From a phage: a stretch of DNA of 64,000 bases. The number at the start of each line of letters is the position of its first letter. Position 1 is the stretch's first letter. The stretch lies in sequence record MZ956761.1. One strand, written 5' to 3'. A program made the position numbers and the translations under genes. This document shows positions 19,370 through 28,448 of the stretch, piece by piece. The notes under the pieces were generated by a model. It was not told where the DNA came from and did no database searches. It saw only the letters and a program-made list of their open reading frames with translations.

Positions 19370-19706
19370 AGATGATTTAGATTTAGATCTAGAAATTATC
19401 GATGAATCCCCCTCTTCGGAGGGGGAAGAAGAAAGAAAAGAACGTCTTTTTAATGAATCTCTTAAGATAATTAAATCTGCTATGGAAAATGTTATCCAGG
19501 AGATTGTCATTAAACTAGAAGACGGTTCTACACACATTGTGTATGTGACAAAATTAGATTGGGTTGATGGAAAAGTCGTAATGGACTTTGCTGTTCTTGA
19601 CCAAGAAAGAAAAGCTGAGTTAGCTCCTCATGTAGAAAAATGTATTACAATGCAACTGCAAGATGCATTTAATAAAAGGTCAAAGAAAAAATTTAAATTC
19701 TTTTAA
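19362..19706 (+). CDS. 40: head vertex assembly chaperone gp40
   Basis: 114 aa from ATG 19362 overlapping uvsX stop; T4 synteny. Confidence 0.75.
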   Translation: MNKDDLDLDLEIIDESPSSEGEEERKERLFNESLKIIKSAMENVIQEIVIKLEDGSTHIVYVTKLDWVDGKVVMDFAVLDQERKAELAPHVEKCITMQLQDAFNKRSKKKFKFF

Positions 19707-19715
19707 GGAGTAAGT

Positions 19716-21143
19716 GTGGTAGAAATTATTCTTTCTCATCTCATATTTGATCAAGCTTATTTTTCAAAAGTTTGGCCATATATGGATTCAGAATATTTTG
19801 AAAGTGGTCCAGCTAAAAATACATTCAAATTAATTAAATCTCATGTTAATGAGTACCATAGCGTTCCATCTATTAATGCGTTAAATGTTGCATTAGAAAA
19901 TAGTTCATTTACTGAAACAGAATATTCTGGTGTAAAAACACTTATTTCAAAACTAGCTGATTCTCCGGAAGACCACAGTTGGTTAATAAAAGAAACAGAA
20001 AAATATGTTCAGCAAAGGGCGATGTTTAATGCTACGTCTAAAATAATCGAAATTCAAACTAATGCTGAGCTTCCTCCGGAAAAACGAAATAAGAAAATGC
20101 CGGACGTTGGTGCTATTCCTGACATCATGCGTCAAGCATTATCTATTTCATTTGATAGCTACGTTGGTCATGATTGGATGGATGACTACGAAGCACGCTG
20201 GCTATCTTATATGAATAAAGCTCGTAAAGTTCCATTTAAACTTCGTATTTTGAATAAAATTACAAAAGGCGGAGCTGAAACAGGAACACTGAACGTTTTA
20301 ATGGCTGGTGTTAACGTTGGTAAGTCATTAGGATTGTGTTCATTAGCAGCAGATTATTTGCAGCTCGGACATAATGTTCTTTACATTTCCATGGAAATGG
20401 CAGAAGAAGTTTGTGCTAAGCGTATTGACGCTAATATGCTTGATGTTTCTCTTGATGACATTGATGATGGGCATATTTCTTACGCTGAGTATAAAGGAAA
20501 AATGGAAAAATGGCGTGAGAAATCTACTCTCGGTCGTTTAATCGTTAAGCAATATCCCACTGGTGGAGCAGACGCTAATACATTTCGATCGCTTTTAAAC
20601 GAATTGAAGCTCAAGAAGAATTTTGTTCCAACAATCATTATTGTTGACTATCTAGGTATTTGTAAATCTTGCCGCATCAGAGTTTATTCAGAAAATAGTT
20701 ACACAACTGTTAAAGCTATCGCAGAGGAATTGCGTGCTCTGGCTGTTGAAACCGAAACTGTTCTTTGGACTGCAGCGCAGGTTGGTAAGCAAGCTTGGGA
20801 TTCTTCTGATGTTAACATGAGCGATATTGCAGAATCTGCCGGTCTTCCAGCAACAGCCGATTTTATGCTTGCGGTCATTGAAACCGAGGAGCTAGCAGCT
20901 GCTGAACAACAACTCATTAAGCAAATCAAATCACGATATGGTGATAAGAATAAATGGAATAAGTTTTTGATGGGTGTTCAAAAAGGAAATCAGAAATGGG
21001 TAGAAATTGAACAAGATTCTACTCCAACTGAAGTAAGTGAAGTAGCAGGTTCACAGCAGATTCAGGCTGAACAGAATCGCTATCAAAGAAACGAATCTGC
21101 TCGAGCCCAGTTAGATGCTTTAGCGAATGAATTAAAATTTTAG
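19716..21143 (+). CDS. 41: replicative DNA helicase gp41
   Basis: 475 aa, GTG start; Walker A GVNVGKS; matches recalled T4 gp41. Confidence 0.95.
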   Translation: MVEIILSHLIFDQAYFSKVWPYMDSEYFESGPAKNTFKLIKSHVNEYHSVPSINALNVALENSSFTETEYSGVKTLISKLADSPEDHSWLIKETEKYVQQRAMFNATSKIIEIQTNAELPPEKRNKKMPDVGAIPDIMRQALSISFDSYVGHDWMDDYEARWLSYMNKARKVPFKLRILNKITKGGAETGTLNVLMAGVNVGKSLGLCSLAADYLQLGHNVLYISMEMAEEVCAKRIDANMLDVSLDDIDDGHISYAEYKGKMEKWREKSTLGRLIVKQYPTGGADANTFRSLLNELKLKKNFVPTIIIVDYLGICKSCRIRVYSENSYTTVKAIAEELRALAVETETVLWTAAQVGKQAWDSSDVNMSDIAESAGLPATADFMLAVIETEELAAAEQQLIKQIKSRYGDKNKWNKFLMGVQKGNQKWVEIEQDSTPTEVSEVAGSQQIQAEQNRYQRNESARAQLDALANELKF

Positions 21144-21173
21144 TTTACAAGCCGACAAGACTATGGTATAGTA
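21140..21173 (+). promoter_or_regulatory. T4 early promoter with flanking inverted repeat
   Basis: GTTTACA -35, TGgTATAGT -10; CAAGACT/AGTCTTG inverted repeat around -10. Confidence 0.7.
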
Positions 21174-21201
21174 GTCTTGTTGGTTAAATGAGGAGATTGT
21201 T

Positions 21202-21384
21202 ATGGAATTGGTAAAGGTAGTTTTTATGGGGTGGTTTAAGAACGAAAGCATGTTTACTAAAGAAATCACAATGATGAAAGATGACGTTCAATGGGCTACT
21301 AATCAATATGCTGAAGTTAATAAAGCACTAGTTAAAGCTTTCATTGATGACAAGAAAGTATGCGAAGTGGATTGCCGAGGATAA
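21202..21384 (+). CDS. dmd: Dmd, antitoxin against RnlA/LsoA
   Basis: 60 aa; near-identical to recalled T4 Dmd (MELVKVVFMGWFKNESMF...). Confidence 0.9.
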   Translation: MELVKVVFMGWFKNESMFTKEITMMKDDVQWATNQYAEVNKALVKAFIDDKKVCEVDCRG

Positions 21385-21385
21385 T

Positions 21386-21643
21386 ATGCATATCGTTTTA
21401 TTTAAACCTACTCCGTATAACGTCAGGAAAAATACTCAATTCAAAGCACTTATCGCAGATACGTGGGAATTGGTATTAGATATTCCAGCAGAAGAAAGCC
21501 CTCCATTTGGTCGAGTGGAATTTATTAAGTTTGCTGTGCGCCCTACAAAGCGGCAGATTCGCCAATGCAAAAGATACTTTCGTAAAATCGTCAAGTTAGA
21601 GAAACAGTTTGTAACATGTGATTATACAGAAGTTTTAAAATAG
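21386..21643 (+). CDS. tifA: 61.4-position protein, likely TifA (ToxN inhibitor)
   Basis: 85 aa ORF immediately downstream of dmd; assignment by synteny and size from memory. Confidence 0.5.
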   Translation: MHIVLFKPTPYNVRKNTQFKALIADTWELVLDIPAEESPPFGRVEFIKFAVRPTKRQIRQCKRYFRKIVKLEKQFVTCDYTEVLK

Positions 21644-21676
21644 CTGTTTACAAGCTGATAGAGTTGTGTTATAGTA
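21643..21676 (+). promoter_or_regulatory. T4 early promoter with inverted repeat
   Basis: GTTTACA -35, TGtTATAGT -10; GCTGATAGA/TCTATCAGC inverted repeat spans -10. Confidence 0.7.
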
Positions 21677-21706
21677 ATTCTATCAGCTAATCGCGGAGAA
21701 AAGAAA

Positions 21707-21961
21707 ATGATGCTAGTTAATAGAGAATATCAGTTTAAATCAGAAGAAGATTTGGAAAAATTCGCGAGTGGTTGTGAACTGAATAGACGCACAGCTAAAG
21801 TCATAGGATTAAAACCCTTTACAGTTCTAGATTGTGAAGTTTCTAAATTCCGCAGAGGGTGTTCTATTAGCGGTCATGCTCTGGTTGATGGGAACACATT
21901 TTTCTTTGTTTTTAGCGTCAGAGAACTTTTATTGATTAACGAACTTGAGGAAATAAAATAG
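21707..21961 (+). CDS. hypothetical protein
   Basis: 84 aa, ATG after GAGAAAAGAAA. Confidence 0.5.
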   Translation: MMLVNREYQFKSEEDLEKFASGCELNRRTAKVIGLKPFTVLDCEVSKFRRGCSISGHALVDGNTFFFVFSVRELLLINELEEIK

Positions 21962-22025
21962 TTTACTTTTGTTTTAAACATGTTATTATAGACTTATCAA
22001 AACAAACGAGTAAATGGAGAACAAA

Positions 22026-22208
22026 ATGTCTAAAGTATCAGGTTATCAATTATTAACACAAGAACAACGTTCAGAGATGGATTCTTTACAAGAACGGTGT
22101 CAGCATAGAAATAACGCACTTGATTCATTTTTATTAGTTGAATATGAAAACTTGTGCTCTAGACTTGAAAAAGAATATGTTCATCAACATGAAGGAGGAG
22201 AAGAATGA
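22026..22208 (+). CDS. hypothetical protein
   Basis: 60 aa from ATG 22026 after GGAGA (an in-frame ATG at 22014 is also possible). Confidence 0.45.
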   Translation: MSKVSGYQLLTQEQRSEMDSLQERCQHRNNALDSFLLVEYENLCSRLEKEYVHQHEGGEE

Positions 22209-22282
22209 AACTGAAATCACCAATTATTGCAATTTGTCTGTTTGCTTCTACTAGTGTTTACTTTTGTTGAAAATTGAGATAC

Positions 22283-22290
22283 TATAAATA
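22283..22290 (+). promoter_or_regulatory. candidate late promoter (TATAAATA) upstream of sp
   Basis: exact TATAAATA about 20 nt upstream of the sp start. Confidence 0.4.
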
Positions 22291-22311
22291 TAAACTACTG
22301 AGGAGATTATC

Positions 22312-22605
22312 ATGAAAAAATTTGTTTTTGCTGCAATTTTTGCTTTGGCTTCTTGTACTGCTCAGCCTGCTATGGCGGGTTATGATAAAGATTTGTGTGA
22401 ATGGTCTATGACTGCAGATCAGACTGAGGTTGAAACTCAAATTGAAGCAGATATTATGAATATCGTTGAGCGTGATCGTCCTGAAATGAAAGCTGAAGTG
22501 CAAAAACAGCTTAAGTCTGGTGGTGTAATGCAGTATAATTATGTTCTGTATTGCGATAAAAACTTTAATAATAAAAATATCATCGCTGAAGTGGTAGGTG
22601 AGTAA
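22312..22605 (+). CDS. sp: Spackle periplasmic protein Sp
   Basis: 97 aa; signal peptide ...AQPAMA; matches recalled T4 Sp. Confidence 0.9.
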   Translation: MKKFVFAAIFALASCTAQPAMAGYDKDLCEWSMTADQTEVETQIEADIMNIVERDRPEMKAEVQKQLKSGGVMQYNYVLYCDKNFNNKNIIAEVVGE

Positions 22606-22617
22606 TTAGAGGTTAGT

Positions 22618-22974
22618 ATGTATAGTTCTGAATTTTCATATTTAAAAATGGAAAAAATTTCATACGATTTTATAGATGAAAAGGTTTATTACAGCTTCCA
22701 TGAACCACGTTTTAATAGTGAGGTTGGGTTTATTGTAGTAAAAGACAATTTCATTTTAAAAATATATTCGGCATTAAAGGATTTTCACTACGAAAATATT
22801 AACCTAAAATTTGATAAAGAAAACGTTCGTAATTGTGCAGTAACAATTACAGGAAATAAAGGTACATGCGTTATGCTATCTGATGAAATTAATGATTTGC
22901 TAAATGATGCCGAAAAGGTTGTTGTTCCATCGATTGATGACCAAATTTTTAATGCTTTTATGAATAGAGGTTAA
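22618..22974 (+). CDS. hypothetical protein
   Basis: 118 aa, ATG after GAGGTTAGT. Confidence 0.5.
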   Translation: MYSSEFSYLKMEKISYDFIDEKVYYSFHEPRFNSEVGFIVVKDNFILKIYSALKDFHYENINLKFDKENVRNCAVTITGNKGTCVMLSDEINDLLNDAEKVVVPSIDDQIFNAFMNRG

Positions 22975-22975
22975 T

Positions 22976-23140
22976 ATGAAAACATATAAAGAATTTATTA
23001 AAGAAGATATGGTCGCTGGAGATTCAGGTGGTAATCCTGAAAATATCTCCACTGGAACAACGTCAGGCGCTGTAGTAAATAAAGGTCCTGAACAGATTCC
23101 TAAAAAGAAAAAAGAGGAATCTAAAGAAAAAGAAGAGTAA
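22976..23140 (+). CDS. hypothetical small acidic/lysine-rich protein (54 aa)
   Basis: ATG right after upstream stop; below ORF-track cutoff. Confidence 0.35.
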   Translation: MKTYKEFIKEDMVAGDSGGNPENISTGTTSGAVVNKGPEQIPKKKKEESKEKEE

Positions 23141-23142
23141 AA

Positions 23143-24171
23143 ATGTCATCAATACCTTGGATTGATAATGAGTTTGCATACCGTGCATTAGCTCATTTAC
23201 CTAAATTCGCACAAGTAAATAATAGTTCAACTTTTAAATTACGGTTTAGATGTCCTGTTTGTGGAGATTCAAAAACCGATCAAAATAAAGCCCGTGGATG
23301 GTATTATGGTGATAATAATGAAGGAAATATTCATTGTTATAACTGTAACTATCATGCACCAATCGGAATATATTTAAAGGAGTTTGAACCTGATTTATAT
23401 CGTGAGTATATCTTTGAAATAAGAAAAGAAAAAGGTAAAAGTCGTCCAGTAGAAAAACCTAAAGAACTTCCTAAACAACCTGAGAAGAAAATAATTAAAT
23501 CTCTTCCGTCATGCATTAGATTAGATAAACTGGCGGAAGACCATCCAATTATAAAATATGTAAAAGCTCGTTGTATTCCAAAGGATAAATGGAAATATCT
23601 TTGGTTTACAACTGAATGGCCTAAATTAGTTAATAGCATAGCACCCGGAACATATAAAAAGGAAATACCTGAGCCTCGTCTTGTTATTCCAATTTATAAT
23701 GCTAATGGAAAAGCTGAGTCTTTTCAAGGACGTGCATTAAAGAAAGATGCTCCTCAAAAATATATCACCATCAAAGCTTATCCCGAGGCAACAAAAATCT
23801 ATGGAGTCGAACGAGTCAAAGATGGTGATGTATATGTTCTAGAAGGACCTATAGATTCACTTTTTATTGAAAATGGTATAGCTATTACGGGTGGTCAATT
23901 AGACCTAGAAGTTGTTCCATTTAAAGATAGACGTGTGTGGGTCTTAGATAATGAACCTCGTCACCCTGACACTATTAAACGAATGACTAAATTAGTTGAT
24001 GCAGGAGAAAGGGTTATGTTTTGGGATAAATCTCCCTGGAAATCAAAAGATGTTAATGATATGATTAGAAAGGAAGGTGCAACCCCTGAACAAATTATGG
24101 AATATATGAAAAATAATATTGCCCAAGGGTTGATGGCTAAAATGCGGCTATCTAAATATGCTAAGATTTAA
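23143..24171 (+). CDS. 61: DNA primase gp61
   Basis: 342 aa; zinc-ribbon CPVCGD...CYNC; matches recalled T4 gp61. Confidence 0.95.
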   Translation: MSSIPWIDNEFAYRALAHLPKFAQVNNSSTFKLRFRCPVCGDSKTDQNKARGWYYGDNNEGNIHCYNCNYHAPIGIYLKEFEPDLYREYIFEIRKEKGKSRPVEKPKELPKQPEKKIIKSLPSCIRLDKLAEDHPIIKYVKARCIPKDKWKYLWFTTEWPKLVNSIAPGTYKKEIPEPRLVIPIYNANGKAESFQGRALKKDAPQKYITIKAYPEATKIYGVERVKDGDVYVLEGPIDSLFIENGIAITGGQLDLEVVPFKDRRVWVLDNEPRHPDTIKRMTKLVDAGERVMFWDKSPWKSKDVNDMIRKEGATPEQIMEYMKNNIAQGLMAKMRLSKYAKI

Positions 24172-24368
24172 ATTAACCCAACCAAAGCAAATGCTAAATC
24201 TACGAATGTATCAAGAGTAATTACTGGAATATTAACACCATGAGCAATAGCAATTGGTGATAAAACAAAATTCCAGAGTAAAATTCCTACCGTAGCAGAA
24301 ATAGTAAAAGCTATACGCTTTTTATTACCTTTGATGGCATTAACAAGTGCCATTAATTTTTGTACCAT
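24168..24368 (-). CDS. hypothetical small membrane protein, convergent with gene 61
   Basis: 66 aa minus-strand ORF; strong SD TAAGGAGG 4 nt before ATG; two hydrophobic segments. Confidence 0.5.
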   Translation of the reverse strand: MVQKLMALVNAIKGNKKRIAFTISATVGILLWNFVLSPIAIAHGVNIPVITLDTFVDLAFALVGLI

Positions 24369-24439
24369 ATGTCCTCCTTATTGCTTTATATATTTATTGT
24401 ATAATTAATCTACTAACCCATGAATTGAAAGGAAAAATA

Positions 24440-24958
24440 ATGGCTCACTTTAATGAATGTGCTCATTTGATCGAAGGTGTTGATAAAGCAAATCGTGCAT
24501 ATGCTGAGTATATTATGCACAGTATTGACCCATTGCAGGTTATGCTTGACATGCAGCGGCATTTACAGATTCGTTTGGCTAATGATAAACCAGAAACAAA
24601 TCGTCATCCTGATTCACTTGAAACTGCAGGAGAAGTTCTTGCTTGGTTGCGAAACCAAGACGATTATATCGCAGACGAAACTCGCGAGCTATATACTTCT
24701 CTTGGTGGTATGAGTAATGGTGAAAAAGAAGCTTCTGCTGTATGGAAACCTTGGAAGAAACGTTATTCTGAAATGCAATCCAAGAAAATTCAAGATTTAT
24801 CTCCTGAAGATCAACTTGAAATTAAATTTGAACTAATTGACCAATTTCACTTTTTCATGAATAAATTTATTGCTCTTGGAATGTCAGCTGAAGAAATCTT
24901 TAAACTTTATTATCTGAAAAATGCTGAAAACTTCGCTCGTCAAGACCGAGGCTATTAA
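24440..24958 (+). CDS. 56: dCTP pyrophosphatase gp56
   Basis: 172 aa from ATG 24440; matches recalled T4 gp56 (MAHFNECAHLIEGVDKA...). Confidence 0.9.
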   Translation: MAHFNECAHLIEGVDKANRAYAEYIMHSIDPLQVMLDMQRHLQIRLANDKPETNRHPDSLETAGEVLAWLRNQDDYIADETRELYTSLGGMSNGEKEASAVWKPWKKRYSEMQSKKIQDLSPEDQLEIKFELIDQFHFFMNKFIALGMSAEEIFKLYYLKNAENFARQDRGY

Positions 24959-25161
24959 TGGCTCGTTTAAATAAACGTCAGCTTAAGAAAGCCCACAAGA
25001 AACGTATTGACCAGCTATTTAAAAATTATGACAAGGAGCTCACATACGAGCTCTTATCTAATCAGCTCCACAAAGCTTACACAATTAAAACTGGACATAT
25101 ACCATTAGGTAAGTGGGTACATGAAGAAGCCTTAAAATTAATTGTAGAGCATTCAAAATGA
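24958..25161 (+). CDS. hypothetical basic protein
   Basis: 67 aa, TAATG overlap with gene 56. Confidence 0.45.
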   Translation: MARLNKRQLKKAHKKRIDQLFKNYDKELTYELLSNQLHKAYTIKTGHIPLGKWVHEEALKLIVEHSK

Positions 25162-25367
25162 AATTTGATTTTTATGCATGGCAAAAAGCCGGGCGACCGG
25201 CTAGTCGAGCATTTGGTTCTGATGGATATAATATTAGAGCCCATTGGAAGTTTAATGCTCCAGCCGATTATTCTCCGGTAATTATTAACGGTGATGTTGT
25301 TATATTAACTAAAATTGGGTATTTTAACGTTCCGCAAGAATTTATTATAAATAGTCATGTAATTTAA
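25158..25367 (+). CDS. hypothetical protein
   Basis: 69 aa, ATGA overlap. Confidence 0.45.
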   Translation: MKFDFYAWQKAGRPASRAFGSDGYNIRAHWKFNAPADYSPVIINGDVVILTKIGYFNVPQEFIINSHVI

Positions 25368-25383
25368 ATAAAAGGAGAATTAC

Positions 25384-25629
25384 ATGGCTAGTACTCGCGG
25401 TTATGTTAATATTAAAACATTTGAGCAAAAATTAGATGGAAATAAGAAAATTGAAGGAAAGGAAATTTCTGTAGCTTTCCCTCTTTATTCTGACGTTCAC
25501 AAAATTTCTGGTGCTCATTACCAGACATTCCCTTCAGAAAAAGCAGCATATTCTACAGTATATGAAGAAAATCAACGTGATGCATGGATTACTGCAAACG
25601 AAGATTTGTGGAAAGTAACTGGTGAATAA
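25384..25629 (+). CDS. soc: small outer capsid protein Soc
   Basis: 81 aa; matches recalled T4 Soc (MASTRGYVNIKTFEQKLDG...). Confidence 0.93.
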   Translation: MASTRGYVNIKTFEQKLDGNKKIEGKEISVAFPLYSDVHKISGAHYQTFPSEKAAYSTVYEENQRDAWITANEDLWKVTGE

Positions 25630-25633
25630 ATTC

Positions 25634-25660
25634 AAGGACTCCTTTGGGAGTCCTTTTTTC
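25634..25660 (+). terminator. rho-independent terminator
   Basis: AAGGACTCC-TTTG-GGAGTCCTT hairpin + TTTTT. Confidence 0.85.
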
Positions 25661-25666
25661 ATTTTA

Positions 25667-25700
25667 CCGGTTTACTTTCCACAATGAGTATGGTATAATA
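25667..25700 (+). promoter_or_regulatory. T4 early promoter
   Basis: GTTTACT -35, 17-nt spacer, TGgTATAAT. Confidence 0.7.
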
Positions 25701-25725
25701 GAATTATCTTATAGAGGAGATCACT

Positions 25726-25932
25726 ATGTTAAATCGCTGGATTAAACCAAATGAAGATTTAGATATTATCATTTCACGGCATGTAATGAAAAAATATGAA
25801 CTACAGCCATGGTCTACAGAAGTTGTTGTGCATTCATTTATGATGTATGCAGATGGTTCTGTCGAATTTAATGCAGAGATTCGATATGATTATGGCGAAA
25901 AGCAAGTTGAATTCAAAAGAGGCTTTTTGTAA
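25726..25932 (+). CDS. hypothetical protein
   Basis: 68 aa, ATG after AGAGGAGA. Confidence 0.5.
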   Translation: MLNRWIKPNEDLDIIISRHVMKKYELQPWSTEVVVHSFMMYADGSVEFNAEIRYDYGEKQVEFKRGFL

Positions 25933-26270
25933 TGTTTATCTTTAATTGGTTTAAAAGTTTCTTTACGGATTTTTTCTCTACAACTCCTGGGGAAGGTGTA
26001 GTTCCTATTTCAAACGATTACCTTCCTTTAACTGTAGTTGAATATGTTTATATGGGAGATGGAACAGTAGAAGCAGTTACTATGACTTATGAAGAAGCCC
26101 AAGAATATTATAAAAATCCTTGGCGCTGGTCAACACCTACATCATCTAATACGCAGAATACACAGTCTAGTTCTGATTCATATGATACCAATGTTCCTGT
26201 TCATGTATGGACAGGCGATTCATGTGGAAGTTCTTGTGATTCTAGTTGTTCATCTACATCTTGTGATTGA
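25932..26270 (+). CDS. hypothetical protein with Cys/Ser-rich C-terminal tail
   Basis: 112 aa; C-terminus [18 protein letters not shown]. Confidence 0.5.
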   Translation: MFIFNWFKSFFTDFFSTTPGEGVVPISNDYLPLTVVEYVYMGDGTVEAVTMTYEEAQEYYKNPWRWSTPTSSNTQNTQSSSDSYDTNVPVHVWTGDSCGSSCDSSCSSTSCD

Positions 26271-26278
26271 GGAAAATT

Positions 26279-26764
26279 ATGGAAGCGATTTTGTTTGAAA
26301 TGTATATTAGCAGTAATAGTTTGTCGTTTGCTAAAGACGTTCCAATTACCGTAGCGGTAATGATTGATAAGGGTTATTGTGACCCAATGTATCTCGTAGA
26401 AAATTTCGTTTCAATGCCAGTTCCAGAAGATGCTGAAATAAAACTTAAAAAGATTGGTATTATTGAAACTGTACCAAATATTCCATTTAGAGCAATTGAA
26501 GCATTTACTAAATCAGAATACATTAATGTTAACACAGAAAAATATAATGATGAACCTTTATCTTTTTATTCGTACGATTCAGTATATAGTTGGAAAATAG
26601 ATAAAGGAAATAAATTTATAATTGTGGACGAAGATGCTTTATCATACTTTATTTCTTCTGTATGGAATAGTTTACATCCAAATTTGCTAAAAATTCATGA
26701 ATTTGATGATGCTCCTACTGTTGTTTTAGGTAAAACAAATGAAAGTTCTGAAGAAAATGCTTGA
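26279..26764 (+). CDS. hypothetical protein
   Basis: 161 aa from ATG 26279 after GAGGAAA. Confidence 0.5.
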   Translation: MEAILFEMYISSNSLSFAKDVPITVAVMIDKGYCDPMYLVENFVSMPVPEDAEIKLKKIGIIETVPNIPFRAIEAFTKSEYINVNTEKYNDEPLSFYSYDSVYSWKIDKGNKFIIVDEDALSYFISSVWNSLHPNLLKIHEFDDAPTVVLGKTNESSEENA

Positions 26765-26942
26765 ATGGTTCAGTAGACCAAACTCAATGTACATTGATGA
26801 TGGTTGGGTTGAACAGGCAAATAAAGAAATGCAGAACGAATCAGAAGAATGGATGAAATCAATGATTAGCGTTGAGAAAGAAAAGAAATTAGAACGCTCA
26901 GCGCTTAAATTGATGAGAGACATCTATGGTGATAAATCGTGA
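26739..26942 (+). CDS. hypothetical protein (start uncertain)
   Basis: 67 aa ORF overlapping upstream gene 3' end. Confidence 0.35.
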   Translation: MKVLKKMLEWFSRPNSMYIDDGWVEQANKEMQNESEEWMKSMISVEKEKKLERSALKLMRDIYGDKS

Positions 26943-26950
26943 ACAGAGAT

Positions 26951-27103
26951 ATGACGTTAGAAGAGGCTAAAGCTAAAGCAAATGAAGCAATGGATTTGCT
27001 TCTTAAAATTGGCAGTAAAATGATGGAAGAAAATGAGAAATATATCCAGGAAAACAAAATTCCTGACGGTCCATTAGTAGGCAAAAGGAAATCATATGAT
27101 TGA
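26951..27103 (+). CDS. hypothetical small protein (50 aa)
   Basis: ATG ORF, overlaps next gene start. Confidence 0.3.
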   Translation: MTLEEAKAKANEAMDLLLKIGSKMMEENEKYIQENKIPDGPLVGKRKSYD

Positions 27104-27566
27104 AGTAGCAAAACATTATTCAATAGAATTTATGTCTAAAGAAGGTAAATCAGTAAATACACTTGATAAAAAGTGCTCATTAATTATTCCTTTAGCAGAA
27201 AATCCGGATATTTTAATTAAAGATATAAAAGAAAGAAAATATCCAGAAAATGTTATTCTAATTATAAAGCATACTGAAGATATTTTGCAGAATACTGATT
27301 CACCGTTTTCTTCTTCTGAAGCTTTAACTATTAAAGGCTATAAAAGAGCTCATGAATATGGTCTTTTTGACCTGTTTGAAGACGATAAAGTTAAATTAGC
27401 TAGTCAACCTTCTAAAAGTAAAACATTCATTATTGAAGATATTAAAGATATAAATGCATTTGTTAAGATGGTCTGGGCTCATTTTGATGTTGGACTACGC
27501 TGGAGAATGTCCGAAGAAGAAAGAAAGATTATTGAAACTAATCGTCGGTTTGGTTTTTATCGCTAG
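27096..27566 (+). CDS. hypothetical protein (positional equivalent of T4 mrh region)
   Basis: 156 aa, ATG after AAGGAAATC. Confidence 0.5.
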   Translation: MIEVAKHYSIEFMSKEGKSVNTLDKKCSLIIPLAENPDILIKDIKERKYPENVILIIKHTEDILQNTDSPFSSSEALTIKGYKRAHEYGLFDLFEDDKVKLASQPSKSKTFIIEDIKDINAFVKMVWAHFDVGLRWRMSEEERKIIETNRRFGFYR

Positions 27567-27574
27567 GAATTAAT

Positions 27575-27757
27575 ATGGATTTATTTGAGATGTTAGAAGA
27601 TAATCATTCTACGAATATCCAGAATGATTCTAGTGATTATAAGAAAGAGTACCGTATAGTATTACAGAATTATGGAATTGAAGCCCCAGATGCTCTTCTA
27701 GAAGAACTAGCTTCATACCATCTTGACCCTCCGCCCTGGGCTCCCTGGGCAAAATAA
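27575..27757 (+). CDS. hypothetical protein
   Basis: 60 aa ORF. Confidence 0.4.
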   Translation: MDLFEMLEDNHSTNIQNDSSDYKKEYRIVLQNYGIEAPDALLEELASYHLDPPPWAPWAK

Positions 27758-27765
27758 TTCAAAAA

Positions 27766-27799
27766 GTTGTTTACTTTCCTTCCTAACAATGATATGATA
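27766..27799 (+). promoter_or_regulatory. T4 early promoter
   Basis: GTTTACT -35, 17-nt spacer, TATGAT -10. Confidence 0.6.
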
Positions 27800-27824
27800 G
27801 CTTCTGAAGTATACGGAGGCTATC

Positions 27825-28448
27825 ATGATTATTAATCTTGCAGATGTTGAACAGTTATCTATAAAAGCTGAAAGCGTCGATTTTCAATATGATATGTATA
27901 AAAAGGTCTGTGAAAAATTTACTGACTTTGAACAGTCAGTTCTTTGGCAATGTATGGAAGCCAAAAAGAATGAAGCTCTTCATCAGCAGTTGAATAAAAT
28001 CGTTAAAAAGCATTTAACTAAATCACCTTATCAGCTATATCGTGGTATATCAAAATCGACAAAAGAACTCATTAAAGATTTACAAGTCGGAGAAGTGTTT
28101 TCAACGAACAGAGTAGATTCATTTACTACTAGTTTGCATACAGCGTGTTCTTTTTCTTATGCCGAATATTTCACTGACACAATACTTCGCTTAAAAACTG
28201 ATAAAGCTTTTAATTACTCTGACCATATCAGCGATATTATACTTTCTTCTCCTAATACTGAGTTTAAGTATACATATGAAGATACTGATGGATTAGATTC
28301 AGAACGTACTGATAACTTAATGATGATTGTACGTGAACAAGAATGGATGATTCCAATTGGAAAGTATAAAATAACTTTTATTTCAAAAGAAAAATTACAC
28401 GATTCGTTTGGAACATTTAAAGTGTATGATATTGAGGTAGTTGAATGA
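27825..28448 (+). CDS. modB: ADP-ribosyltransferase ModB
   Basis: 207 aa; size and position as T4 ModB. Confidence 0.7.
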   Translation: MIINLADVEQLSIKAESVDFQYDMYKKVCEKFTDFEQSVLWQCMEAKKNEALHQQLNKIVKKHLTKSPYQLYRGISKSTKELIKDLQVGEVFSTNRVDSFTTSLHTACSFSYAEYFTDTILRLKTDKAFNYSDHISDIILSSPNTEFKYTYEDTDGLDSERTDNLMMIVREQEWMIPIGKYKITFISKEKLHDSFGTFKVYDIEVVE

